From Puniceicoccaceae bacterium (GTDB lineage: Bacteria; Verrucomicrobiota; Verrucomicrobiia; Opitutales; Oceanipulchritudinaceae): a DNA stretch of 64,000 nucleotides. Shown here piece by piece: positions 38,901 through 48,452 of the stretch; the stretch's first letter is position 1; every line of letters begins with the position of its first letter. Both the position numbers and the translations under genes were made by a program. The stretch is from positions 375,780 through 439,779 of the forward strand of contig JBFOMH010000005.1 in assembly GCA_040830765.1 (NCBI GenBank), given 5' to 3'. Below the pieces are notes generated by a model. That model was not told where the DNA came from and searched no databases. It saw only the letters and a program-made list of their open reading frames with translations.

Positions 38901-39672
38901 ATCCGGCCTTTTCCTTCTCCAGAACAGAGACTTTGCCATGCCCAGCCTCGCTCTCGGTACTAACTTCCGAAAATCGAAAGCCGCTGTGGGCGAGATCCAG
39001 TTGCGTCAGGCGGTGGTTGATTCGCTGGTACCGGAGGGCCTTGCCGGCCTGGCGCTTCAGGGAAGTCGTCTGTCGGGCCACTTCCTCCATGACATCGGTC
39101 ACCCGGGCCAGGTTGGCGTCAACCTGGGCCAGCTTGTTCAGGGCTTCCCGCCGCTGGGCCTTGTACTTGGAAATGCCCGCTGCTTCCTCGAAAATGGCCC
39201 GTCGCTCACTGGGATTGCTGGAGAGGACCTGGTCAATCTGACCCTGCAGCATGAAGGAATAGCTCACCTGGCCAACGCCGGTATCAAGAAAGAGATTGTG
39301 GATGTCCTTCAGGCGGCAGGTCTTGCCGTTGAGCAGATATTCGCTCCCCCCGTCACGGATGACCCGGCGGGTCACCTCCACCTCATTGTGGGGGGTTCCT
39401 AGGCTCTTTTCGCAATCGGTGAAAACAAGCGATACTTCACAGAGATTGACCTGCTTACGGCCCGACGTTCCCTGGAAAATGACATCCTGCATCGCTCCGG
39501 CCCGCAGGGACTTGGCACTCTGCTCCCCGAGGACCCAGCGGATGGCGTCGGCGATATTGCTCTTGCCACAGCCGTTCGGACCGACGATAGCCGTAACCCC
39601 GCGCTCCAGATCCAGCCGGACTGGATCCGCAAAACTTTTAAAACCATGAAGACGGAGTTCTTTTAAATACAT
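35956..39672 (-). CDS. smc: Chromosome segregation protein SMC
   Basis: GFKSFA, GPNGCGKSN, long coiled coils with a central hinge, LLSGGQK and PFCVLDEIDAPLDD. Confidence 0.98.
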   Translation of the reverse strand: MYLKELRLHGFKSFADPVRLDLERGVTAIVGPNGCGKSNIADAIRWVLGEQSAKSLRAGAMQDVIFQGTSGRKQVNLCEVSLVFTDCEKSLGTPHNEVEVTRRVIRDGGSEYLLNGKTCRLKDIHNLFLDTGVGQVSYSFMLQGQIDQVLSSNPSERRAIFEEAAGISKYKAQRREALNKLAQVDANLARVTDVMEEVARQTTSLKRQAGKALRYQRINHRLTQLDLAHSGFRFSEVSTESEAGHGKVSVLEKEKAGLEKALEATEAGLLDKREKAQELRQRLEEFQREVYDLRSEKENAASRVEMSNVRREDMQERLSRIATELAELAQEEEVLAERLSSETKQKQEQMDLFGNSDEEFQKRSENLADLQKQLNAAETELSRLKQGLLVKESAISRLRSNCTSLELDLKTYQVRHANLTEELQTLSNEKELLQKDRETLEKTRVAREKERERQEAKLAELKEKHQGLMQSFRDLQQTIQETERQRAGLQAQIGVLEDLQSKFEGFSEGAKAILQGKFEETVPAGAIALFLKQLKVKDGFTQAVEQLLGTANDGIFVRDNKMVRTIAHALADKKAGRASLLAKPVHPVNMPGGKAKLPETIIEVASVVSSADKEIQAFLETYFTGCYIAESLDAFLTHWESNPKFAFHLAVTRDGELIDPRGIVLAGSSKAKKENSSFLSRQNQLKKFNKQLADLDDLQERHRLETGQAQGKLDASEKKIEEQGRLISEIGTEITTLQAQFQGVERNLETNGKSHESKSGELEKLEATKGKSTEKLEAARKELEDTETDFEAQKQKIAETETQVDELRKEREAKREDFDEVRFDVAKKKQRLELLDRGLNELQQKSKENEQSRIKRLEEMDSLKKQIAGLQKEAADHGDSEKKIQSSLDKLMKKLDADREALREVEKQIAVVEEGIAPKRESLQKIATELNKTEVNLARQESRLQFIQEECLNKYERDPESIDWKLELWKAGETLPERIRVDIEESTPEDMESVTERPDPTDEERESLDPVDWDAIEEEIASLRTRIQAMGPVNLVAIEEYKDLKERYEFLSTQSEDLWKSKEQLLEAIDEINNTSQSMFAETFAAIRENFLYTFETLFGGGKADLKLVDAEDVLESGIEITAQPPGTRLRNLGLLSGGQKTMTAVALLFAIYMVKPSPFCVLDEIDAPLDDANIGRFTNMLEKFLEFSQFLIITHNKRTISVADSIYGVTMQEKGVSNMISMRFNRATGKAEASDEG

Positions 39673-39767
39673 CTAGGGCTGCTACAATTCCTCGTGAAAA
39701 AAGGTCATTCAATGAAGACTCTTCCACTCAGCAAGGAATAATTAGTCCCAAAACCCATCTAATTGTC

Positions 39768-40376
39768 ATGAAAGCACGATTGAAAAGATTTTCCCTGGCC
39801 CTTGCCCTTCTCGCCACAGGGGTTTTATTCCCGGTCATGACTTCAGCTGAATCCAATGATAGTCCTGCCGTTAAGAAAAAGAGCATTGTCCTCGGGGGCG
39901 GTTGCTTCTGGTGTGTCGAGGCTCTCTATGAAACCTTGGACGGCGTAACCGCAGCCGTTTCCGGCTATGCCGGGGGCGAGACCGACAACCCGGACTATTA
40001 CAGCGTTTGTTCCGGGCGGACCGGACACGCAGAAGTGGTCCGTATTGATTTCGATCCCGAAAAAGTCAGCCTCGAGGAGCTGCTCGACTTCTTCTGGGAA
40101 GCCCATGATCCGACCACCCTCAACCGGCAGGGCGCCGACGTCGGGACCCAGTATCGCTCAATAATCCTTTTCAACTCACCGGAACAGGAAGCAGCTGCCA
40201 AGGCGTCTCTAAAGAAGGCACAGGCGAAGTTCAGCAACCCCATCGTCACGGAAATCGGGCCCCTCGAACGCTTCTACAAGGCTGAAGTCAGCCATCAGGA
40301 TTACTTCCGAAATAATCCAAACGCACCTTATTGCCGGTATGTCATTGCTCCGAAGCTGAAGAAGCTTGAATCCTAG
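39768..40376 (+). CDS. msrA: Peptide-methionine (S)-S-oxide reductase with signal peptide
   Basis: GGGCFWC, TGHAEVV, HDPTTLNRQGADVGTQYRS and AEVSHQDY. Confidence 0.96.
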   Translation: MKARLKRFSLALALLATGVLFPVMTSAESNDSPAVKKKSIVLGGGCFWCVEALYETLDGVTAAVSGYAGGETDNPDYYSVCSGRTGHAEVVRIDFDPEKVSLEELLDFFWEAHDPTTLNRQGADVGTQYRSIILFNSPEQEAAAKASLKKAQAKFSNPIVTEIGPLERFYKAEVSHQDYFRNNPNAPYCRYVIAPKLKKLES

Positions 40377-40401
40377 GCGGGCGGACCTATCATTCCGCAC
40401 C

Positions 40402-40926
40402 ATGAAGAAAATCTTTCTCGCCGTCACCTTGCTGTCCCTTCTAGCGGGATGTTCAACATTCCAGAAAAACGACCCGCTTCCCAGCGCTGACCGGGTCGAC
40501 CTGGACCGCTTCATGGGCAAGTGGTACGTCATTGGCTCTGTGCAGGGCATTGTTGACCGCAAGCCTTACAATTCCACGACCACCTACACCCGGGCCAAGC
40601 GGGGCATTGACATTACTTACGAGTTCAATGCCGGCGATTACAACGGCAAGCTCAAGACCTATTCGGTTAGGGCCATGGTCGACAATCCGGGAATCAACAG
40701 TGACTGGGAAGTGCGCTACGTGACCTGGCCTTTTGAGTCCGACTACCGGGTTATGCACCTTGAACCGGATTACTCGGTCGCCGTGGTCGGTCAACCCAGC
40801 CGCAAGTATGTCTGGATCCTTTCCCGCCAGAAGACCATAGATGACCCGGTTTACTCGGACATCATCCTCTTCCTGCAGGACCTCGGCTACGACGTGGGCA
40901 AAATCCGCCTCGTCCCGCACAATTAA
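40402..40926 (+). CDS. blc: Lipocalin (Blc-like) lipoprotein
   Basis: Lipobox LAGC; VDLDRFMGKWYVI; DYSVAVVGQPSRKYVWILSR. Confidence 0.92.
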   Translation: MKKIFLAVTLLSLLAGCSTFQKNDPLPSADRVDLDRFMGKWYVIGSVQGIVDRKPYNSTTTYTRAKRGIDITYEFNAGDYNGKLKTYSVRAMVDNPGINSDWEVRYVTWPFESDYRVMHLEPDYSVAVVGQPSRKYVWILSRQKTIDDPVYSDIILFLQDLGYDVGKIRLVPHN

Positions 40927-40950
40927 GCAAAGCCTCCAGCTTACCAGTTC

Positions 40951-42474
40951 ATGGCTGAAAGCACTCCCTTCGCCTGGCTGACGGATCGTTCGGCCGGAAT
41001 TCTTCTCCATCCTTCTTCCCTTCCCAGCGATCAGGGAATCGGTGTCCTTGGCGGCAGTGCCTACGCCTTTGTGGAATTCCTGCAGCGGGCCGGCATCCGC
41101 TACTGGCAGATGCTTCCGCTCGGGCCAACGGGTTATGGGGACTCACCCTATTCCAGCCTCTCGGCCTTTGCCGGGAATCCCTACCTAATCGACCTCGAAC
41201 CACTGGCGGAAAACGGCATCCTCCAGGCCAACGACCTCGAGCCACTGCGGCAGCTGCCAGGGGATTATGTCGAGTTCAGTTCCCTTTACCGCATCAAGTG
41301 GCCCCTCCTGCGCCTTGCCCACAAGCGCTTTCTTGAGCAAAAACGCAGCTACCTGCCCAATTACGGACTTTACGATGAGTTCCTTGAAGCACACCGCGAC
41401 TGGCTGGAGCATTATTGTGCCTATGTTGCCCTGAAGGAGCGTTTTTCCGGCAAATACTGGGGGGAATGGCCGGAAGAATGCCGCACACCCGAAGGCGCCC
41501 GCAAATCACCCTACTGGAAGGAAACAGAGCAGGCCCGGGAAGCCCACGCCTTTTTCCAATACCTATTCTTTGGCCAATGGAAGCAGCTACGGGCCCACGC
41601 CAACAATGCCGGCATCGAGATCATTGGCGATATTCCCATTTTCGTCTCCCTCGATAGCGCGGATGCCTGGGCCCATCCGGAAATCTTCGAGATGGCCACT
41701 CCCGGGAAGCCCGATTTCGTCGCCGGCGTGCCACCGGATTACTTCTCCACCACAGGTCAGCTTTGGGGCAATCCGCTCTACGACTGGAAGACCTTGGCGG
41801 ACAACAAGTTTGATTGGTGGATGAAACGCATGGCCGCCAACTTCGAGCTCTTCGACATCGTCCGGCTGGATCATTTCCGGGCCTTTTATGACTATTGGCG
41901 CATCCCCGCTGATGCCCAGGATGCCCGCAGCGGGAAATGGGCCAAGGGACCGGCTCTGGCCTTTTTCAAGGAGCTCAAGAAGCGCTTTCCCGATGCCCGC
42001 CTGATCGCTGAGGACCTTGGGGAAATCCATGACGGGGTCCGCGAATTCCGTGACGCCCTCGGCCTGCCGGGTATGGCCATCCTCCATTTCGCCTTTGGGG
42101 GTGGCTCGGACAACCTCTACCTCCCCCACAATGTTGTGCCCAATTCGGTGACTTATCCCGGGACTCACGACAACAACACAACCCGCGGATGGTATGAGTC
42201 AGCCCCGGCCGCCCTGCAGGACCATGTCCGGCGTTACCTGAGGGTCGACGGGAGCGATATCGCCTGGGACATGGTCCGCTGGTCCTACCAGTGCCCAAGC
42301 CGCCTGGTCGTCATCCAGATGCAGGACATCCTCTCCCTTGATGGCGAAGCTCGCATGAATGAACCCGGCACCAGCCAGGGTAACTGGAAGTGGCGCATGA
42401 CTGGCGAGGCCTTTTACAACCAGCAGGACAGTGCGGATTACCTCAAGGAGCTGGCTCGCCTCTACGGGCGTTAA
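40951..42474 (+). CDS. malQ: 4-alpha-glucanotransferase (GH77)
   Basis: RSAGILLHPSSLP, WQMLPLGPTGYGDSPY, AGVPPDYFS.TGQLWGNP, RLDHFR, IAEDLG and GTHDNNT. Confidence 0.97.
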   Translation: MAESTPFAWLTDRSAGILLHPSSLPSDQGIGVLGGSAYAFVEFLQRAGIRYWQMLPLGPTGYGDSPYSSLSAFAGNPYLIDLEPLAENGILQANDLEPLRQLPGDYVEFSSLYRIKWPLLRLAHKRFLEQKRSYLPNYGLYDEFLEAHRDWLEHYCAYVALKERFSGKYWGEWPEECRTPEGARKSPYWKETEQAREAHAFFQYLFFGQWKQLRAHANNAGIEIIGDIPIFVSLDSADAWAHPEIFEMATPGKPDFVAGVPPDYFSTTGQLWGNPLYDWKTLADNKFDWWMKRMAANFELFDIVRLDHFRAFYDYWRIPADAQDARSGKWAKGPALAFFKELKKRFPDARLIAEDLGEIHDGVREFRDALGLPGMAILHFAFGGGSDNLYLPHNVVPNSVTYPGTHDNNTTRGWYESAPAALQDHVRRYLRVDGSDIAWDMVRWSYQCPSRLVVIQMQDILSLDGEARMNEPGTSQGNWKWRMTGEAFYNQQDSADYLKELARLYGR

Positions 42475-43343
42475 GCCTTTCCGGCAAGATTGCCGATCGC
42501 GGCCGTCACTTCTTCCCCGGCATCCTCCAGAAGGTAGTGCCCCGCCTTTTCAAAGCGCTGGACCTCGGCATCGGGAAGAACGGATTGCCAATGGGCGAGA
42601 AACTTGTCGTGGAAGCACCAGTCATGCATGCCCCATAATAACTGGACCGGTTTCTCGCGCCATAAGGAGAGGCTCCTTTCCAGTTCCAGCAGGGTTTCGT
42701 AGCTGCGATGCGAGGAGCGCATGGGAATATCCCGGACAAAGGCGTGCAACGCCACCCGGTCATGCCAGTTGCCATAGGGTTTCAAGTAGCCTTCTGTCAC
42801 GGCCTCAGAAAGCGGCTCCACCGTCGTCATGCGGGTTGCCCTACGAGCAAAGGCATTGAGGCCACGGACCAGAAAAGCCCCCATAAACGGAAACCGGCAG
42901 GCCGCTATGCGGGCCGGGATCGTCGAAAACGGGAAAGCGGCTGTATTGAGAATACTGATACTCTTGATACGCTCATGGAGACGTGCGGCCATCCCCAGGC
43001 CAATCGGGCCGCCCCAGTCATGAACGACCAGATGAGTCGACTCGACACCCGTCGATTCCACCCATTCGCAGGCCCGCTGGACGTGGCCGGCCAGGGTGTA
43101 ATCGCCGGTTTGCGGTTTCTCGGAGAACCCGCAGCCTAGGTTGTCGAGCGCAAGGCAACGGTGCTTATGCCTCAACCCGAGAACCACGTCGCGGTAGAAG
43201 AAGGACCATGTTGGATTGCCATGGAACATCAGGATTGCCGGCCCCTCCCCTTCGTCGAGGTAATGCAGTTGACCACCGGAGGAGGCGAAGGTCTTCCCCT
43301 CGAAGGGATAGAGCACTTTTAGACGGGGTGGCAGTTCAGGCAT
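42471..43343 (-). CDS. oleB: OleB-like alpha/beta hydrolase (haloalkane-dehalogenase family; beta-lactone decarboxylase candidate)
   Basis: HGNPTWSFFYR, VVHDWGG and AGHYLLEDA; overlaps the oleA stop by 8 bp. Confidence 0.8.
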   Translation of the reverse strand: MPELPPRLKVLYPFEGKTFASSGGQLHYLDEGEGPAILMFHGNPTWSFFYRDVVLGLRHKHRCLALDNLGCGFSEKPQTGDYTLAGHVQRACEWVESTGVESTHLVVHDWGGPIGLGMAARLHERIKSISILNTAAFPFSTIPARIAACRFPFMGAFLVRGLNAFARRATRMTTVEPLSEAVTEGYLKPYGNWHDRVALHAFVRDIPMRSSHRSYETLLELERSLSLWREKPVQLLWGMHDWCFHDKFLAHWQSVLPDAEVQRFEKAGHYLLEDAGEEVTAAIGNLAGKA

Positions 43344-44379
43344 TGTATCCCTCCACGGCTAGCATGACGGAGCTCAGGCCGCTGCCGATCCCCAAGAGGG
43401 AGGCGCGCCGGGATGCGTCCAGTTCTCCGGCCTCCACAGCCTTGTGAAACGTAAAGGGCAAGGAGACGGATCCCACGTTGCCCATGTATTCGAAAGTCGT
43501 GAAATCCTTTTCCCGGTCCAGTTCCAGGCTGTCGAAGAGGCGGCGCTGGTGGGTACGGCCCACCTGGTGGCAAATGAAGCAATCGGGTGTCTCCCGGTTC
43601 CAGCCAATTTCCTCCTCGAAGGCATCCCATGCCCCGGAGGCCAGGTTGATGCCCGCATCAAGCAGTTCCTCAGCATTGGTCTGCATCTCGAAGCCTTCAA
43701 TACCCACCGAGTCCCCCTGGCACAATTGATTGGCGGAGGAATCGGTCCGGGCCACACCACCAAGGAGGCGGAAGGAATCGCCCTGGGTGAGATCCTCCCG
43801 GGAAACCAGCATGGCGGCCGCACCGGCCCCTATGGTCAGGTTTGCAAAGTACGGCTTGACGGCATTGCGGTCGAGGTCGCCCTTCAGCAGAACGCGGATG
43901 GTATTCTCCAGCAAGGGCCGTCCGTTTTCCCCTGAGACCAGCAGGGCATGGCGGATTTGCCCGCTCTCAATAAGCCCTCCTGCCAGGACCATGGCGTTGA
44001 CAAAGCCGAGGCAGGCATTGCTGATATCGAGGATCTGGCAACTGCCGGGAAGGCCGAGGAGGCCATGGACATAGGCCGCCGTGGCCGGCTCCATCCGATC
44101 CCGGCAAACACCGCAATGGATAAGCAGGTCGATTTCTTCCAGAGGCACCCGGCCTTCATCAAGAAGGGTTCTCCCCGCTTCAGCGCTCCCCTGCGAAGGC
44201 AGAATATCGGTCTCCCAATAGTGACGTTCTTGGATACCGGTCATCATCTCCAAGCGCCCCTCTGGCAGACGGAGGCGTTCGTACATCGGGGCCAGGCGCT
44301 CCTCGATGTCGCTGGAAGTGACGGCAACCGGCGGAATAACGACCGCGGTCCCGTTAATGGCTACCCGGGAAAACCTCAT
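43336..44379 (-). CDS. oleA: OleA-type thiolase/3-oxoacyl-ACP synthase III (head-to-head condensing enzyme)
   Basis: Likely start is ATG 44379, overlapping the fabI TGA. Motifs VCRDRMEPATA, DISNACLGFVN, LTIGAGA, CHQVG, GNVGSVSLP and LLGIGSGL. Confidence 0.88.
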   Translation of the reverse strand: MRFSRVAINGTAVVIPPVAVTSSDIEERLAPMYERLRLPEGRLEMMTGIQERHYWETDILPSQGSAEAGRTLLDEGRVPLEEIDLLIHCGVCRDRMEPATAAYVHGLLGLPGSCQILDISNACLGFVNAMVLAGGLIESGQIRHALLVSGENGRPLLENTIRVLLKGDLDRNAVKPYFANLTIGAGAAAMLVSREDLTQGDSFRLLGGVARTDSSANQLCQGDSVGIEGFEMQTNAEELLDAGINLASGAWDAFEEEIGWNRETPDCFICHQVGRTHQRRLFDSLELDREKDFTTFEYMGNVGSVSLPFTFHKAVEAGELDASRRASLLGIGSGLSSVMLAVEGYNA

Positions 44380-45197
44380 TTTTGTGAATCGCTGGAAGGA
44401 TCCTTGCGACTGATGCGCTCCACGATGGACTCGTCGAAATAGTTCCAGTCCATGCCGGCATTGACGACAATGCCCTGGGCGTTGATCCCCGAACTGCGCG
44501 GACTGAGCAGGAATATCGCCGTGTCCGCGACTTCCTGGGTGGTCAGGGCTCGTTTGCGGTAGGTCAGCTGCTCCGCGTAAAGGTAGTTGTCGAGGTACCC
44601 CGGGATGCCGGCGGAGGACTTGGTCCTCAGAGGACCGGCATTGACGGAATTGAAGCGGATTTCTGAATCCGCACTGAAGGACTTGGCGAGGAAGCGCACA
44701 CAACCCTCGAGGGCGTTCTTGATCGGCGACATGTAGCCGTAGTTGGCAGCCGTCACGGAGGAGGAAATCCCAATCGCCACAACAGCCGCATCCGGCTTCA
44801 GGATTGGCTTCAGGCTGCGAGCCATTTCCACCAGCGAGAAAGCGCTAATCTGGGTCGCCTGCAGGAAGTCGTCCCGTTTCGTCTCATGGAAAGGAACAAA
44901 GCCCTCACTGAAATTGGCAAAGGCGATGGAATGGACGAAACCATCCAGCTCACCGTATTCCTCCCGGATGCGCTCCCCGAGGGAAGCCACGTCGTTCTCA
45001 TATTCGACATCGCAAAGGATGTGCGGTCGACCGTCGAGCAGCTTGGCCAGCTCGGATGCCCGCTCCTCATTGCGGACCGAGTAAATGACCCTGGCTCCCG
45101 CTTCCTCAAGGCCCTGACCGATTGCCCAGGCGACGCTGCGCCGGTTGCCCAGCCCGCAGATGAGGTATTGTTTGCCTGCCAGTTTCAGGAAATCCAT
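44376..45197 (-). CDS. fabI: Enoyl-ACP reductase (FabI-like SDR)
   Basis: GLGNRRSVAWAI, LDGFVHSIAFA, QISAFSL, NYGYMSPIKNALE and NAGPLRT. Confidence 0.85.
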   Translation of the reverse strand: MDFLKLAGKQYLICGLGNRRSVAWAIGQGLEEAGARVIYSVRNEERASELAKLLDGRPHILCDVEYENDVASLGERIREEYGELDGFVHSIAFANFSEGFVPFHETKRDDFLQATQISAFSLVEMARSLKPILKPDAAVVAIGISSSVTAANYGYMSPIKNALEGCVRFLAKSFSADSEIRFNSVNAGPLRTKSSAGIPGYLDNYLYAEQLTYRKRALTTQEVADTAIFLLSPRSSGINAQGIVVNAGMDWNYFDESIVERISRKDPSSDSQK

Positions 45198-45206
45198 TTC
45201 AATGCA

Positions 45207-45647
45207 TCATTTGCCATCGCCATCTATCATGGCCAGCCCGAACTCCACCGTCAGGGCGGTCTTGCCATTTACGAGGACGCGTCCCCGCATGAAATGGAAG
45301 CGGCTCAGGGATTCCTTGTAGGTGGTTTCAATCCGGATGAGGTCCCCGGGACGGACCATCTGCTTGAACTTGGCCTCACTGATGCGGGTCAGGACAGGTG
45401 TCTTGCTTGCCCCGTCGACGCCCTCCTTCTCAAAGCGGCGGACCATGTAGATTGCCGCGGTCTGAAAAACGGATTCGCAGAGGAGCACTCCCGGCATCAG
45501 GGGATTGCCCGGGTAATGGCCGGCAAAATGCGGCTCGTCGGCACGGATTTCCCGCTCTGCCACGGCCCCCTCGTCCGTCACCTCGAGAATGCGGTCGACA
45601 AAGAGGAATGGCTCCCGGTGGGGAATGGTTTTGTAGATTTCTTCCAT
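45207..45647 (-). CDS. fabZ: FabZ/FabA-family 3-hydroxyacyl-ACP dehydratase
   Basis: IPHREPFLFVD, HFAGHYPGNPLMPGVLLCE and AKFKQMVRPGD; start ATG 45647. Confidence 0.85.
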   Translation of the reverse strand: MEEIYKTIPHREPFLFVDRILEVTDEGAVAEREIRADEPHFAGHYPGNPLMPGVLLCESVFQTAAIYMVRRFEKEGVDGASKTPVLTRISEAKFKQMVRPGDLIRIETTYKESLSRFHFMRGRVLVNGKTALTVEFGLAMIDGDGK

Positions 45648-45678
45648 TATATAACAGTTCGGGCGGTCGTTCCGCCGA

Positions 45679-47148
45679 TTAGCGCTTTTCTCCTTCATGG
45701 AGCCACTTGTCAACTTCGTTGGCCACGATGACCCCGTAATTCATTGTCCCGAGCCAGCCCGACATGATGATGCCAACGCTCCCGGCATGATAGAGCCCGG
45801 GCAGCTCATTCGGCAGCCGCTGGGAGACCTTGAGGCCCTCAAACTTGGTCCCAAAGGAGGTGCCGCCCATATGCCGGGTATAGTGATGAACCGTCCGCGG
45901 AGTCGCTGCCTCGACATGGTCCAGCTTCTGGCGGATATCCGGAATCAAGGTTTCCAATGCCTCGACTGAGCTTTCCTCGAGCCAGCGCTTCTCGGCAAGG
46001 TACTCCTCATCCGAGAGCTCCTTCCAATTGTCCCAGCGGGCGTTGATGGAGGCGACCACTGTATAACGCGGGTTCCTCGAGTGCGGCCGCGTGTCAGGAT
46101 AATAGACCGAGAAGGTGCGGCTGCTACTCCGCAGGCGGGTCAGTTCATCGGTAGAAAATCGCTCCGCCTGCGAGGTGAAGACGAGGTCCCCGATATGGGG
46201 GATGCTTTCCCCTTCTCGGATGCCCATGTAGACCTGGCAGGAACTGGTATTGACCCGCACCGCCTCCGCTTCACGGACAAAGGCCTCTGAAAAGTGCTCC
46301 TTTCCGGCCAGACTCAGGATCGTGTTCTTGATGTTGGCATTGGAGACCACCGACTGGCAGCGGATCTCGCGGGACGGGAAGGCTTCCCCGGTGTTCTGGC
46401 TGCGGGCCCTGACGCCGATCACCCGGGATTGGCCATCCTCCGTTTGCTCAACGAGAATCTCCTTCACCAAAGCACACTTGCGCAGCTCGGCCCCGTTGCG
46501 GCGCAGCTCCTCCACCATCTTCCGGATGAGCGTGTCCGTTCCCCCCTTGTAGATAAAGACGCCCTTGCTCATGAAGTTGGAAAAGACGATTCCATAGGTG
46601 ATCGCCGGGTCATCCAGTCCGGAGCCGTTGGCATAGGATATGGGCTCCATCAGGAGACGGTGGACGTCATTGCGCCCGGGAAAGTATTCCTCAAACAGTT
46701 CCTCGGTGGTCAGGCGGTCATCATCAAAGAAGTTCATTCCGGCAAGCCGGGCGAAGAATGCCTCCACCTGCTCCCGCTCAATCCCAAACTCCTCCACCAG
46801 GATGCGGATGAAGTCCGCCTTGTCGAAAGTGGTCTGCAGGTCCATCTGCGGATTGATGAAGCGGACATCCTTCAGTTGCTCGATGGAATCAGCAATCTCC
46901 CGTGTCCAGTACTTGCGGCAGGACTTGATCATGCCGTGCGGGAATCCGTGCAGGGAAATGTCGAAGATATGGCCGCCCGGGCGCTTGAACCATGTCGCCA
47001 GGCCGCCGTACTGGTAATGATGCTCCAGGACGAGGACCTTGCGACCCGCCTTGGCAAGGACGTTGGCGGCCGTCAATCCACCGATGCCACTACCCACGAC
47101 AACCACGTCATAGGCCGGTGCGACACCTTCTAGCCAATCTTTCGCCAT
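45679..47148 (-). CDS. Phytoene-desaturase-family FAD-dependent oxidoreductase
   Basis: Rossmann motif [16 protein letters not shown]...LVLEHH..GG, plus KGGTDTL, ATPRT and LPGLYHAG. Confidence 0.88.
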   Translation of the reverse strand: MAKDWLEGVAPAYDVVVVGSGIGGLTAANVLAKAGRKVLVLEHHYQYGGLATWFKRPGGHIFDISLHGFPHGMIKSCRKYWTREIADSIEQLKDVRFINPQMDLQTTFDKADFIRILVEEFGIEREQVEAFFARLAGMNFFDDDRLTTEELFEEYFPGRNDVHRLLMEPISYANGSGLDDPAITYGIVFSNFMSKGVFIYKGGTDTLIRKMVEELRRNGAELRKCALVKEILVEQTEDGQSRVIGVRARSQNTGEAFPSREIRCQSVVSNANIKNTILSLAGKEHFSEAFVREAEAVRVNTSSCQVYMGIREGESIPHIGDLVFTSQAERFSTDELTRLRSSSRTFSVYYPDTRPHSRNPRYTVVASINARWDNWKELSDEEYLAEKRWLEESSVEALETLIPDIRQKLDHVEAATPRTVHHYTRHMGGTSFGTKFEGLKVSQRLPNELPGLYHAGSVGIIMSGWLGTMNYGVIVANEVDKWLHEGEKR

Positions 47149-47212
47149 ACGGATAGGCTTTGCTAGCCGTGGGACGCATCAGCGCAACCCAAATCGGCCA
47201 TTAGGTAAAATC

Positions 47213-47233
47213 AACAGGCTTTAGCCTGTTTTT
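47213..47233. promoter_or_regulatory. Perfect inverted repeat in divergent promoter region
   Basis: AACAGGCT-TT-AGCCTGTT followed by TTT, between the desaturase operon and the aminotransferase gene. Confidence 0.4.
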
Positions 47234-47333
47234 AATAACTCTCGCAAAGTTCCTTGACGGGCTTGCTCCTTGCCTCTTTACAGGCACTTCATCGCTTTTC
47301 CACTGAGAACCGTCTCAAAATCAAAAAGCAAAG

Positions 47334-48419
47334 ATGTCCTACAAACTCTTCATTCCCGGGCCCATTGAGGTCTCCGCCAAAACTTACAAGGCCATGACGA
47401 CGCCGGTCTTCGGCCATCGCAGTCCTGACTTTGTCGAGCTCTACCAGTCCGTGCAGCCCGGCTTGCAGGAACTGTTTTATACCAAGGACCCGGTCTACAT
47501 TTCCACCAGCTCCGCGTGGGGCGTCATGGAAGGTTCCATCCGCAACCTCGTCCACAAGAAGGTCCTCAATGTCTGCTCGGGGGCCTTTTCGGACAAGTGG
47601 TTCGACGTCTCCAAACGCTGCGGCAAGGAAGCCAAAGCCCTCCAGTACGAATGGGGCACCCCGGTCGACCCGGAGGACATCCGCCGCGAACTGTCCACCG
47701 GCGAATTTGATACCATTACCCTGATCCATAACGAGACCTCCACCGGAACCATGAATCCTCTCCCGGAAATCATGGCCGTTCTCCGTGAATTTCCGGATGT
47801 AATCTCGGTCGTGGACAGCGTCAGCTCCTTCTCCGCGGTCAAGATTGCCAAGGATGAACTGGGCATCGACGTGCTCCTGACCGGAAGTCAGAAGGCCCTC
47901 GCCATGCCGCCGGGTATGGCCCTGCTCTGCGTCTCCGAACGCGCGCGTGAGCGGGCTGCCACCATGCCGGATCGCGGCTACTACTTCGATTTTCTCGAGT
48001 TCCAGAAGAACCATGAAAAGGGCATGACGCCGTCCACGCCGATCATCCCGTTGATTTTCGCCCTTCGCTCAAAATTGGAGGATATCTTCGCGGAAGGGCT
48101 GGAAGCCCGCTATCAGCGTCACGAGCGCCTCAACGGCCTCGTCCACGCCTGGATTGACAAGCACGGCCTCGAGACTTTGCCGCCGCGTGCCTTTGCCTCC
48201 AAGTCCCTCTCCTGCATTAAAAACAGGTACGAATGGGACTTGCCCGCCATCAACAACCATCTGAAATCAAACTTCAACTGCGTCATTGATGGTGGATATG
48301 GCAAAATCAAGGGTAAGACCTTCCGCATTTCCAACATGGGTGACGAAACCGATGCCACCATGGAGGAACTGCTGAACAACCTTGACCAGACACTCGCGGC
48401 TCTCAATTACTCCGCCTGA
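47334..48419 (+). CDS. Class V PLP-dependent aminotransferase (alanine-glyoxylate/serine-pyruvate family)
   Basis: LFIPGP, GHRS, HNETSTG, VDSVSS, the PLP lysine in TGSQKALAMPPG, and FRISNMG. Confidence 0.93.
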   Translation: MSYKLFIPGPIEVSAKTYKAMTTPVFGHRSPDFVELYQSVQPGLQELFYTKDPVYISTSSAWGVMEGSIRNLVHKKVLNVCSGAFSDKWFDVSKRCGKEAKALQYEWGTPVDPEDIRRELSTGEFDTITLIHNETSTGTMNPLPEIMAVLREFPDVISVVDSVSSFSAVKIAKDELGIDVLLTGSQKALAMPPGMALLCVSERARERAATMPDRGYYFDFLEFQKNHEKGMTPSTPIIPLIFALRSKLEDIFAEGLEARYQRHERLNGLVHAWIDKHGLETLPPRAFASKSLSCIKNRYEWDLPAINNHLKSNFNCVIDGGYGKIKGKTFRISNMGDETDATMEELLNNLDQTLAALNYSA

Positions 48420-48452
48420 GCCTAGAACCCCCCATAGAAAAGAGAGAGCACA

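Noticed and set aside
44380..44703. 108-aa N-terminal extension of OleA in the ORF track
   Set aside because: It overlaps fabI in another frame. ATG 44379 coupled to the fabI stop gives a normal-length OleA.
45679..47148. Carotenoid biosynthesis (crtI) call
   Set aside because: No crtB, crtE or crtY nearby, and the gene is linked to fabZ/fabI/oleAB, so only the family-level call is kept.
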